Below, piece by piece: positions 1-11,270 of a stretch of DNA of 64,000 nt; the first letter of the stretch is position 1; the number at the start of each line of letters is the position of its first letter. The notes under the pieces were generated by a model. That model worked only from the letters and a program-made list of their open reading frames with translations, had not been told where the DNA came from and made no database searches. Made by a program: the position numbers and the translations under genes. This DNA comes from Balanoglossus misakiensis (taxonomy: Eukaryota > Animalia > Hemichordata): the NCBI GenBank assembly GCA_040954595.2, contig CM082587.2:3046275-3110274 (forward strand), read 5' to 3'.

Positions 1-128
1 AAGTTCTTAAGGATTCTCTCAATTTGTTAAAAATCTTTGATTTTCTTTCGCTATTTCCCCTGTTGACGACAGATTCACCCATGACCCCCGTACTGTCACG
101 TGGCAAATCCCTCCAATCATTTGCCTAC

Positions 129-2397
129 CCGATTGGTGCACCAAATCTGCCAGTCCTGGATCGTAACCTCCGGGTATTGTCACCATGTCAACCACCAAGG
201 AATTGTTGATGACGTCACTTGTTACGTCCGATATGAATGGTGCTTGGTTTTCCTCGCCATTAGATACGATAACCAGCCTGCTGCTTGAGTCTTTTTGGGT
301 CGTAGCTTGATCAGAGGAATTCGCCAACATCTGGTAAATAATTTTAAAAACCGAAATGGTTTATCGTCCCGCCATCACCACCACCACCACCACCACCACC
401 ATCATCGTACGATTGGCCATTCCTGGCACTAATAACGATAACGCCGTCATCATTGACAACAAAAACATCAACAGAAATGACAACAACGACAGTATCACTC
501 ACTTGCATTGCTTTGATGACGCCATTTCCGATACTCGTCGCGCCGTACACCTCGCCAGGTAGACTTGCCAACAGAGCCTCACGAGTTTCATTTCCGGTAA
601 TCGTCGTCAGCGGTGCTGCTTCGGTGGCCAAATCAGAAAAGCCAACAATACCAACCCGTGTACCATTGGGCAGTAGTTCTGTGATGTAGTGTTTCGCAAC
701 TTGCCTTGCTATGTTGAAAGCATCCCCAGGCTGCAAGACACCAGTTAAAGTTACACTCGTGTTTTCATGTTTATATGTGTTTCGTTAATACCACCGGCTG
801 AATGAAAGCAGCTTGTCGCTTTGATGACTAATGATTATTCGTTCGTAATTAAGAAAACTTACTTTCGTACTTGCTGACGTGTCCATGACCAGTACGACAT
901 TGGCATCGCTGTTATTTCGGACGATTTTGAACTCTGGCACTGTCGACGGCACCGTCCGGGGTTGATTCCTTCCTCCGATAAAATCCACCGTTTCTTCCAT
1001 GACATCCCACGCGCTGCGACCACTGCAGATTTGGTTTTGTCTGGTTGGAGCCTCGTTGTCGTGGAAAGTATTCGGATTGGATGAGTTACTGTCGCAAAAA
1101 TGGTCGATCTGCCAGGATGAAAGAAAGGACGGTCAGAAAACGTATTCAACTGACATGCGTGGTGACTTAGCTCTTATTGTCGTCACATATATACCAGGCT
1201 CTGCATTACTTTCACTCACCCCTTCCAAGTCTTGTATGTACATCAAAGATGCCGTTGCATCTTGGTCTGCGTCGATGAGAAAGAGACAGCCTTCTTCGTA
1301 GAGACCGGTGTTCGGATCAACCAGGCACAGGCGGAATACGGGCGGCGAGAAGTACCACGCTTCGCCGGTGATTTTCCGACAGCACTTGGTCGCTTCGATG
1401 CTTCCGGTGGCGTTCAACAAGAAAAATGGATCCTCGTCCGAGACTGAATATTCTTCAAAGATGCCCCAGCGGTATGTGGCCCACTGAGATGTCAGGTACC
1501 GTCCTGTGAACGGACAAGAGATTTCTCCTAAGATATACATCAGCCGATGCAAATTTATACATTTTGGCAACTTTCGAAACGAAATGTTTTCAGCTGCGAA
1601 GCGCCCTCTACTTACCTCTATCACCATACAGGTCTTCGTACGTGTCATCGGAAAGATACGTCGGCGTCAGGTGGATGAAGTCGCCCTGGTTGCCACAGTA
1701 ACCACCATGGCTGACGTACGGCTTATTTGAATATTGCGGGTTGGGAGCCTCGATAATAAAGTCAGTGTCATCATAACTGATGGAGGCCGGCAGAATCTGA
1801 TACTCTCGTCTGGGTGTCCACGAGTCCGGAACCACGATGACGATCTCGCTAAAATATGCCCGCTGACGAGTTGCCCGATACAGAAATTCCGACGTTTTCG
1901 TCAAGGCGCTCTGAGTGAGAGTCGGAAATGAGTGTACTTCAATATACATGTATACCATTCCGGAAGTACAAATCTCAAGAAATGATTAGAGTGAGAACTT
2001 CAGATGAAGTATAAACTTGACGTATCTTACGTCATACGAAGGGCGTGTCCAGAGTTGTCAACGCGACGAGTGGCGTAAACGCCGCGATACAGGGGTTGTA
2101 CATGGACGTACAAAGACATACGAGAATCTATAGTTTTTAATTCACCGACTTGAACCGAGCCTAGAAAGACCCCAAACTTTGTCCCTTTGACACACGGCAA
2201 GTTCGACTGACCTGTAACCTTTGAATCAGCTGATCGTCCTCTGTTACGTCTTGGTGCACGGCCACAACCAGACCCGTGTACGCGTTGTTGTCAAGCGTCA
2301 GCGACGGCGTTGTCAGGTCCAGCCTGTAGACGAGGAGAAACACGAAACAGAGCAAATGATTGGCGAGTTCAGTGGTTACAAAGAGTCTTGGTAACAT
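129..2397 (-). CDS. CLCA-family (calcium-activated chloride channel regulator-like) protein, 5' part; gene runs off the left edge
   Basis: Exons read by eye: 2397-2212, 1910-1616, 1503-1220, 1108-863, 730-503, 330-129, all GT-AG. CLCA hallmarks in the translation: LDNNAYTGLVVAVHQDVTEDDQLIQRLQ, FLYRATRQRAYFSEIVIVVPDSW, CGNQGDFIHLTP, WATYRWGIFEEY, HDNEAPTRQNQICSGRSAWDVM, then the vWA domain VVLVMDTSAS...VGIVGFS...GATSIGNG. The start at 2397 is inferred from the hydrophobic N-terminus; an upstream exon splicing in at 2323 is also possible. Confidence 0.9.
372..406. repeat. (CAC)n trinucleotide microsatellite in a CLCA intron
   Basis: ccatcaccaccaccaccaccaccaccaccatcatc seen directly; it produces the spurious poly-T/poly-G ORFs. 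Confidence 0.9.
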
Positions 2398-3510
2398 GGT
2401 GTGTTTTCTTAAATATCAGACCAACTCGAAACGGAACAGCATTGGATGAACACACAAATACAATCCTGGACTACAATGTTATGGAAAAAACTGTGCTGAC
2501 AATGGCCAACATATCGTCACATAACGGATCCTACAAGTTTACGATTGTATTAACTCTGTGTAATTACTTGTACAACTTTATTTCAATATTTGCTTTATGA
2601 TTGCAACGAACATGAATTTGATTAAACTGAAAATGCAGTGTGAAGCGTTTGCGTCACTATTTGGCATCGGTAGCTCCGGTTCTGTTTTGGTACAATGAAA
2701 CAATAATTCATGTAGTATTGGTTGCCTATATACGATAAAAAGTCTCTCGAGCATAGTAATCTCCCCCCCCCCCCGCGGCCCCATGGTCAACCTTGTCTGA
2801 GTTGTGCTAAAAGTCCTACACCATCCAATATATTTAAATGACAGATCCGGGTTTGATTACATAATCATTCTGAAAACAGAGTGTGTGGTACAGATTTCGA
2901 CATAACTCAAGGGTTTTCTATTGGTCAAATCAACAGGTGGTTTCCCGCGCGTTGCGAAATCTCGCGAGAAGGGGAGGGGTGACGGGGGAGATAGAAATTA
3001 TCCAGGGGATTCGGCGATGTGTGAACCAAACTGAGCCTTGAACGAGGCTGCCCACATATGCTATCGGGGTGTGTTTGTAAACCTAACCCCTCCGTCGTGG
3101 CGTCACCAAGAAAATTCTTATCAGCGGCGAAAATCCGATAAAAAGACAGCGTTAACCTTGATTGCAAATCCCCTCGGGCGCAAGTGTTGTGTTTCTCCGG
3201 AAATTGACATTTTGTGTGGTGTGCCTTTCCACGTTCACAACAGAACACATTCACTGCTATGTTCTTCGCGTACAATTTGAGATCATTTGTGCTGTAATTC
3301 TATATCTGGTTCTATCACAGCTGTTCAAAAACGCGCGCGGGTTGTTCAATAGTGTATTAAAAACCTGGAGCGGTTTGTGTGTTTTACGCAAAGCGACGTA
3401 GGATAAAAAAGAGATTCATCAGTACTTATATTGATTGCCAACAAGCGGTGTATGTCCGTATCGGAAAACGCATCGTTTATATATTGTTGTCGTCAAGGCA
3501 CTGTTGCTGC

Positions 3511-3524
3511 GTCACCATGGTTAC
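3511..3524. promoter_or_regulatory. RFX X-box-like motif
   Basis: GTCACC-AT-GGTTAC, a near match to the X-box palindrome, between the CLCA-like gene and the 513-aa ORF. Confidence 0.3.
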
Positions 3525-5019
3525 GCGTGACCTGACGCTCGGGCTTATCGGGAACGTACGTGAACTTTCTTTTGAAAAAATAAATAATGTTCGTGTTATC
3601 GTTAGGTAAGACAAACGCCTTTTGGAAGGAAACAGGCGAAGAATATGTGTATTAACCTTAATACTGAGATCGATTGGATTGCACAGAGAAAAGGGGCCAA
3701 TATGGAAAAGACCGCACAGTTGTAACAATTCAAGGCAAATCGTTCACGCCAATTGCTATTCCGTCGACGCGTAACGACGCGTTGCCAAGACATCCACTGT
3801 CTGTGCTCATACGGGTTACTGAGGATATCGACACGCCAATATACGGTTGTGTGGGGCTTTTTTCTTCTTTTCTGTGGCGCCTGCGTAGAACAGGCGGCAC
3901 AAAACAAGAAAGACAGTGCTCTAGTCGCATTATTATGCTGTTATGCCATGTTCCCCGGTGAAACTCTTCGAATGAGGCGATATGGCGAGCCGTTCGGCTG
4001 AAGTCTGGATGAGCGCAGACATCACCCGTAAGTGATTATATGTTTCATGTATTAGCGACAAAGCGAATACCGATGATGTCTCAATGTCAGCACGCGACGC
4101 GACGCGAGTTTCTGTATTTGATACGAGGTGACAAACATGTACATGCACGACCCTTGGGTAAATATACACATCACGTATAGGAACCGTTCTTAAATCAATC
4201 ACGATATTTTTTTCCAGCGAAAAATGGGCACATTTTTATCCGGGCAGCTTGTGTTGTAGTACAGCCCAGACACTATACACAGAATCAAATTAACTCACGC
4301 ATCAATCTCGTTATATTATTGCGGCAGTCAAGCGGCATTTTATTCCCTATTAACAGCAGTCAATCTCGCCAACGTGTATAGACTAGAGCACATTTTTACC
4401 CGAGTGCCGTTCTGTCGGCAGACGTTGTTTTGTGATAACTTGATAAACAAAAGTTAATGCAATATTATTAATTGATTAGCCATGTTTTCGCCAATACGCA
4501 TGGATGGTTAGGAGTAGATTCTAGCACATACCATTAATTACGTTATCATTAGCGATAATACTTACAGACACAGTGCAAGCAGTCTTCTAATGACCCACTC
4601 CTATGCGATATCCTTACCTGAAAATATAATCAAAGTAACATACATGAGACTCTCCAAAACTGCGGTAACAAAGCCATCTACAACCTTATCTGACCGTGTG
4701 TATAGAGCTAACTACACTGTGTTATACCACATAACTCTGTCGGTAATCTTCGCCTACCAAGCAATATTCATTAGACCGTTCTCTGAACGACGGCGAGGAG
4801 CCTGGGGTTTGCCAGTGGTACGGGAACTCAAGCGATATATTTTTTTGCATTGGAGAGAGACGTTGATTTAAAATACTAATAACGGTATAACCATTAAACC
4901 TTGCAAAAGAAACCTGTCGGTAGTTGCAATTCACCCGAGCCAAGGGTCGTATGAATTATTGCGGCTCAGACTGTAAAGTGAATATTCCAATTGCCATGGG
5001 TTCCATTACTTTCCCCCTG

Positions 5020-5033
5020 GTATCCATGGCAAC
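5020..5033. promoter_or_regulatory. RFX X-box-like motif upstream of the 513-aa ORF
   Basis: GTATCC-AT-GGCAAC fits RTHNYY-WT-RRNRAC; a second partial site (TTGCCATGGGTTCC) lies at ~4991. Confidence 0.45.
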
Positions 5034-5932
5034 CATTCGAGGAGTCTTTGTAGACATAATGTACCTTGGAGCTCTCGACGGCTCTATTATGATGTATACT
5101 GCTCACGTTTGACTGATTCTGTAGTCACTTCACATGATTTACCCTTGGAGTTATTGCAGAACTGCGGTACTGCCATTGAGACTAAAACAGAGATGTCTCC
5201 CAACGGAAAACTGACATTGTATGGCTGAGTAATTAATTAATTTTAAATAATCATTAGGCTAATACATGTACCTATCGGTCCGGGCAAAACGGTTAATGAA
5301 GAACATATATTCGACACAGATCACTTGCTATTGAGTTCGGCGAGGGGCATTGTGGTCTTATTTATAATTATATGCCTCTTTACGGAATCGCATTATCAAG
5401 TCATCAACCAAACGAATTTTATTCGGTGTATAAATTTCCTCTCTCAGCGCGAAAAAACTGCTCGTTCACGCATGAATTCCTGCGCTCCGAGTCCTTAATT
5501 AACTCGCGGCGTCCTTTTGGCCGTGAATGACGTCACTTCCTCTTGAAATATTTAATGTATGAAAATTATATCTTCCGTTGAGTTTTCTGAGACTCGTTTG
5601 TCAGTAAGCCGATAAACAAGCAAAGCTGTGGCTTTGTCGTTTTAGATCTCAGCTAGGACGGTTAATTTTTGTTCCATGATCGTAATAACATTCCAGAACT
5701 GTTGACATCGCTTCGAGGTTTTTATTCTTGTAAATAATCGGTAAGCGGGTAATTAACTTTTCATACGGTTCTTTCAGGGTTACTGATTCATGTAGCTTTT
5801 CATATTAATGCTTTTTGTTTCTTTTTCCTTTAATTTCTTTCAGAAATCTGTTGTGCTTGCCTGAAGACACGTTTGCCAAGTGAGTCTACAGTTCTTTCAA
5901 TCTATATCGTCATGACATCTGAAGAATAGGAT

Positions 5933-7474
5933 ATGTGGGGCGGTACAACCACCGTTCGGGGGGACGTCGAAGCATTCTACCGCCGACAGTATGTGCGAAA
6001 CGAGCAACTGCAACACCGCAACAACAAGCGGTATGGCGACGCTCTGAAACGAGAACTGAGGCTCATCGATCGCGGCAAGTCAATCCGCGCGCGAGAACTG
6101 GCCCAGCAGGAGACCAGGTACCTCGACAAACTCATCCTCCTCTTCAAAAAGCAGTGCGAGATATCGCTCGACCGGGGCGAAAAGTCAGTTTCGGCCGGGC
6201 AGGGCCAGGATGGTACGTTCGAAAGGCTCCGTGTCGGACTCAGCGAGAAAGTGAAGCGAGAGGAAAAACGCCAGTCTATCAAGGAACTGCGGATGAATTC
6301 GAATCGGCCGCGAACTGCGCCCCCAAGTTCAAGCCGCATCTACAGTCCTGTGAACGGCACTCGGTCGACAGGCGTGACGCCCAGACCCAGCGTTGCCTGG
6401 GTCGATGACATTTTCCAAGATGATGGCGTTAGTTTGCCAAACACAGTCATATCACCGGAAGAAGTTATTTCCGATTTGCCTGAAATCGGCACCAAACGAG
6501 AAGAAAAGCTACAAAATGGTTGGGTCGTCGGGACTGACACTAAACTATCCCCGAGAACTGAACCTGCCCGCATGGTAGTTGTGAGGCCAGAGAAAATGGA
6601 CAAGAAAAATGAAAGGGAGAGACCTCGAACAGAAACTGAAATAAAATCATCAATTGTCGAGCAAAACTCTCAAGAAGTCAACAGAGATACTAAAAGTGAG
6701 CAACATGACAATAGTTCTGAGACTATCAACGTTCCCAGTGGTCCGCTTAACGGACTGACAAAAGACATGGTCACGGTTTACAACATCTCGAAGAACGGCG
6801 TGGCTTCTTCGGGCGTTCCATATGCGACGCCGACAAACGTGAAGATAAAACCGGTCTTTGAGAAAAAGACAGCTCTTCCAAAGGCAACTACTCACTTTGA
6901 GTACCAACCAGAAGAGAAGCGCCCTCTATCAGCCTCCCATGTCCACTTGAGCGGCTACAAACCAAACTTGCAGACGATCGTCGAGGGGCAACATACCAAG
7001 AAATCTCGACCCAAGACCGCCATTCCGTCGTTTCAGCGCAAGACTAACGACGGCAGTTCGCATTTGACCGCGGCCACAGAGCCTACGCACAAATCGAGGC
7101 CGGGCACACCAGGGAACGCTAGATCGGCGAACATCTACAGTAAATTCGAACGCCAGGATCGCAACTTCTCGCCCGCCTCCGCGTCGCCGTCGCCGTCCCC
7201 TTCCCACCTGTCCCAGTCATTAAACGGGTGCAAAGGTCACAAAGACACCGAAGAGCTGAGAGAAAGATGTGCCTCCTGTCCATGTCCAGACGTTTCCAAA
7301 GCGAAGAGATCGGCGAAGCGTCGACCGAAGACGGCAGTCAACTATGATCAAATACAGGAGAAAATGATGCGACGACTGCTGGATACTCACATGAAAAGTC
7401 AAAGACAGCATCTGATGTTATATGCCAGGGCGCAATCAGCTCCAACCAGACGAAACCTTGGATTTTCAACTTAA
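5933..7474 (+). CDS. Uncharacterised 513-aa protein, single coding exon; N-terminal predicted coiled coil, then a basic disordered region with repeated RPx[T/S]A motifs
   Basis: 1542-nt uninterrupted ORF, GC-richer than its flanks. A strong acceptor (ctttttcctttaatttctttcag) ends at 5843 just upstream, and a candidate 5'UTR donor (cc|gtaagt) lies at 4028. No family recognised. Confidence 0.75.
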   Translation: MWGGTTTVRGDVEAFYRRQYVRNEQLQHRNNKRYGDALKRELRLIDRGKSIRARELAQQETRYLDKLILLFKKQCEISLDRGEKSVSAGQGQDGTFERLRVGLSEKVKREEKRQSIKELRMNSNRPRTAPPSSSRIYSPVNGTRSTGVTPRPSVAWVDDIFQDDGVSLPNTVISPEEVISDLPEIGTKREEKLQNGWVVGTDTKLSPRTEPARMVVVRPEKMDKKNERERPRTETEIKSSIVEQNSQEVNRDTKSEQHDNSSETINVPSGPLNGLTKDMVTVYNISKNGVASSGVPYATPTNVKIKPVFEKKTALPKATTHFEYQPEEKRPLSASHVHLSGYKPNLQTIVEGQHTKKSRPKTAIPSFQRKTNDGSSHLTAATEPTHKSRPGTPGNARSANIYSKFERQDRNFSPASASPSPSPSHLSQSLNGCKGHKDTEELRERCASCPCPDVSKAKRSAKRRPKTAVNYDQIQEKMMRRLLDTHMKSQRQHLMLYARAQSAPTRRNLGFST

Positions 7475-7570
7475 AAGCCCCATGAACTGCCAATTTTAGC
7501 ATATTTTTAAACAATAAAATACCTCGGTCGTCTTCTCCTAAGCCTACGGTCGACGCCATTTTGAATTTGT
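7471..7570. repeat. Fragment of a short interspersed repeat (related to 7852-8089)
   Basis: TTAGCATATTTT..ATAAAATAC..TCTTCT..GACGCCATTTTGAATTTGT is shared with 7875-7953. Confidence 0.55.
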
Positions 7571-7851
7571 GACGATTCTAATGCGCATGTGCGCATGGCA
7601 AGATGCCTGTGTACAATATTTCACCCAACATTTGAAACAAAACATGTTTAAAATTGGACTGTACAGAATTTTTTTATTGTAATTAAAATGAATTTATTGA
7701 ATACAAAGCTGACGTTCCAAAGCATTCTTCGGTATATACATCAAGGCGCAATGCATGATGGAACAGGAAATGGAACCCACGCACCGTTCTTAGCTATTCA
7801 CGCACGACTATAGGATTTCCGGGGGAGGGGAGTCACGAATGAGGTATACTG

Positions 7852-8089
7852 TCAAAGTCCCAATAGCTGACACCTTTAGCATATTTTAATCGATAAAATA
7901 CTTAAATCTTCTACCAAATCCTTAGTCGACAAATGACGCCATTTTGAATTTGTTAAAATTCTACCACCCATGTGCACATACCACAGTAGTAATGGCTACT
8001 CTTGCAATGAAATATTTTAGATACCAATGAAATTTCAAGAACACCTGGCTGGCCACCTGATAGCGACACGTGTCGCTGGGAGACTTTCA
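7852..8089. mobile_element. Possible degenerate non-autonomous DNA transposon (MITE-like), ~240 bp
   Basis: Similar to 7471-7570; imperfect inverted ends TCAAAGTCCCAATAGC ... GCTGGGAGACTTTCA. Confidence 0.35.
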
Positions 8090-9845
8090 TGGTCGTGACC
8101 ATTGCCACGGATGTGATAAATAATGGTCGCACCTTCGAAGTGCCGTCCACTGCATGGCACCGTGGCAGTTTCTAGTGTAATGCCGGTGTGGGTGGATGCG
8201 TGTGGGCGGGGGGGGGGTGCTTCTCCAGTGGTTGGAACGACAGGGTACACTTGTCTTATATGGTCAAGCTGCCAAAATGAACGCCGACGTCCAGAAAGTC
8301 CTCAAAAATGAGCATGCTTCATTCTCATGTGTCGGCAAGCCTGGCGTGACATTGGCTTTCACTCGCCGGCTTCCTGCACATCACGCCAATGAATACGCCC
8401 AGACAACTGCTAGTTAATAGCCAAATACACTTTCTAAAGAGGACCTTGAGAAAGTATAAATCGACTTTTAACCTGTCCTAATGCAACCGGCTAAGTGCTG
8501 TGGAATTTGAAGCGCCATTGCTCGGGGGGCATTCTATGATTCTGGGCATTTTTGTCGTGCTTTGACAAAACAACCACCACACTGTTCAGGCCCAGATGAT
8601 ATGCGACCATTTGTGTGAGGTCAGTGGCGCGAGACGTTCTCTGTCCACTATGCACTCCGCCCACCCACCATCAAGACAACGTAGCCTGAAATTGAGGCTA
8701 AGGGACTGGTCAGTTTCTTCGGCTGGGGCGGGGAATTCTATTTTGCGGGTATCATAAAGTGACTGACACCCCCCCCCCCCCACCTTCTCGGGGCTGCATC
8801 CAGCGAAATTGAATATATTTGAGAAGTGGGCGTTAAAGTGTTTGGAAAGTTGCATTAATTTCCGAGAGTGGGAATATTTTCACGGCGGAGTAATTTTCCC
8901 ATTTGAATTTAGGAGCATACTATTTATATAACATTCTTACTCAGCGTACTGTGAAGCAGTATAAATACCTTTCACCTGTAAAGGTCTACGAATCACTGAT
9001 CTGTTTCAAAAACAAGTATTTTACATTCTACGGCGCATTCCACTTTTGTATATTACACACCAAGATATGACTGTCTTCAATACTATGTACAGTTTCCTTC
9101 AGTGGCCTGGTTCAGGCTTGAACGATTAATGTCATAGGCGAGTTGTCATGTCAGTATCCCATGACTCCCCGCCCGCGTCAACGACCTCATTGCCGTCACG
9201 TTCCATTTACTAAAATGACATCGTACTCGGGATTATGCCTGCAACAATCATCCCTCCGGATCAAAAATATGTCAATATCACGAGCGGGTCCAGACAAGCT
9301 TGCGAAACAATACTATTCTATTTTTAAAGCTATTATTATTATTATTACTATTCTATTCAAAAAAAATAAATAGGCCCCTAATCGTTTTGTTCTTCTCAGA
9401 TGCATCCTGTAATACCGAGAGACACTATTTAAACTATAGGCGTCCAAGGAATTTAACACATCAAAAATAACATTCTTTCGAATCAATACCGGTATTGTTT
9501 AGAAAAATGCCAGTCATCGGAAGCATGTGACGAGTACATGTAGTTCGACAAACATAGTCATGGTCGCTCCACACACCGTGCATGACAGTGATGCAAACAC
9601 GCCAAGAAAAGGCCGCTTTTGATATCTGAATGTTAATTTGAGAGAGAGAGAGAAAAAACTGCTTTGAGGTCGTTCGCTGGCCTTGAAGCCGAGCACGTGA
9701 ACCCAAGCTTGTAATCAATCTTCTTCGAGAGAAATGAATTTTTTTGCATAGACTGTACCACTGAATTTTGGACATGTACTTTCATTGTCTGACACCTGAT
9801 GCAAATACATGTGTGCGCCGACGAATACGACGATTCGACCAGGCG

Positions 9846-10012
9846 GTCACGTGACAAGAGCTAGCCAATGAGATTGCAAGGCCAGGCATTCACAGAAGGC
9901 CCTATAAGAAAACTGCGATCGTGAAACGCCCAACATCAGTAGCCAGCCAGTTATCCATCAACCACAGTCCCAACCCGGGTTTTCCTCTTGTCTGACAGAT
10001 AAAAAACCAAAG
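9846..10012 (+). promoter_or_regulatory. Putative promoter and non-coding first exon of micro-exon gene A
   Basis: In order: GTCACGTGAC E-box (9846-9855), CCAAT (~9865), TATAAG (9903), Inr-like TCAGT (9936), then a strong donor AAG|GTAAGT at 10013 that could splice to the acceptor at 11262. Confidence 0.5.
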
Positions 10013-11270
10013 GTAAGTAAGAAAAAATATTTTTTTTTTTATCCCGAAACATTCGTGGGGAATCGCCAACGGAGTGGATCACTGTCTTCGTTCCTTTCGG
10101 GCAGAGATAAAAAAATCTCTTTGTGTTTCGGGGATAACTGCAAGTCATTTTGGAAACCATTTGCAAAATGTATTACTATTATACACAAGGTTTCACAAAA
10201 TTTCCTCGGATGAAATGTGTGTTTTATAGAAAGTTCACATATTCAAATGATCGGATTTCTCTAAACCGTAGATTTCTCGAAACCGCAGAGAAACTACAAA
10301 ACTCCAGGGATTGGCAAATACGACTAAAATAAGCTATGTGATGAGCAAAGCCGCGTCCCTGATGTGTCCACCCCCCGCGCGCTTTCCTGGCTAAAAAGTA
10401 AAAGCAGATCCCCACACCACTGGACGGGAGATGCAGCCTCCGCGAAAATGGGCAAACTTTCAAACGAATGATCAGATCCGCGAACGCTCATTGTAGCTAT
10501 AAGCAGACTGGCCTTTGTGCATCGTCAGTCAAGCGCACGTTTTACCGGAAAGAGCAGCGCCATAAAATAGAAAGGCAGTATCTGCATATCTGAAGGGCAG
10601 GTGCGTGTGCGGAATAAACAGTTATTCACAAAAGCGGCGAGTAGACATCCGTCCGGTTTTGTACAGCTGTCAACATGGCGCGAGTGGCCGGTCACATTTC
10701 AAGGTGTTTCCCGTGCGTACCTTTCAACGCAAAATTTGGCTTCGTTCGATCAGTGTTGTTTGAAAGAACTTTCCTACGAAAGACTATGGCAATGAGCATA
10801 AAAGCTTTGTTCGGTTTCAGAAATCTTTGCTGGGTTTTTCAATGACTCCCCCCCCCCCCCGAAATTTTGTCAGAAACGAACCTTGACCCGTGGGTCACTT
10901 CCCGATGCAATGCTAATATGCCACTTTGGTATGTTCAACATTACATACAACATTCACCCATTTGTAACACACAGAATTCAACTTATTTGTTCTGGGGTGA
11001 GTTAGTGCACAAATTCAACAATATGGTTGGTTGGTTGACTGTTCAAAATGGTAACCGAGCCAAAAATGCCAGGATGTAAAGGACACGTGATGCAAAAAAC
11101 ACGTGTTTGTCATTTGCCAGGGGTACGCACACTATAGTGTCTCACCTGGGTTCACGTGCCGAGTGCAAATAGTAGATATTGCGCTTCCTGTTCGTTGCAT
11201 GATTAAAGCCATGTGATTCCTATCGACTGATGATAATGTATTTTATGTATTTTATTTTCCAGACGTCAAT

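Noticed and set aside
8696-8860. Possible transposon end (AGGGACTGGTCAGTTTC...) with a poly-C tract; similar repeat-like stretches at ~22600-22700, ~57300-57850 and ~60140-60270
   Set aside because: Single copies in this window with no matching second terminus found; cannot be classified without a repeat library.
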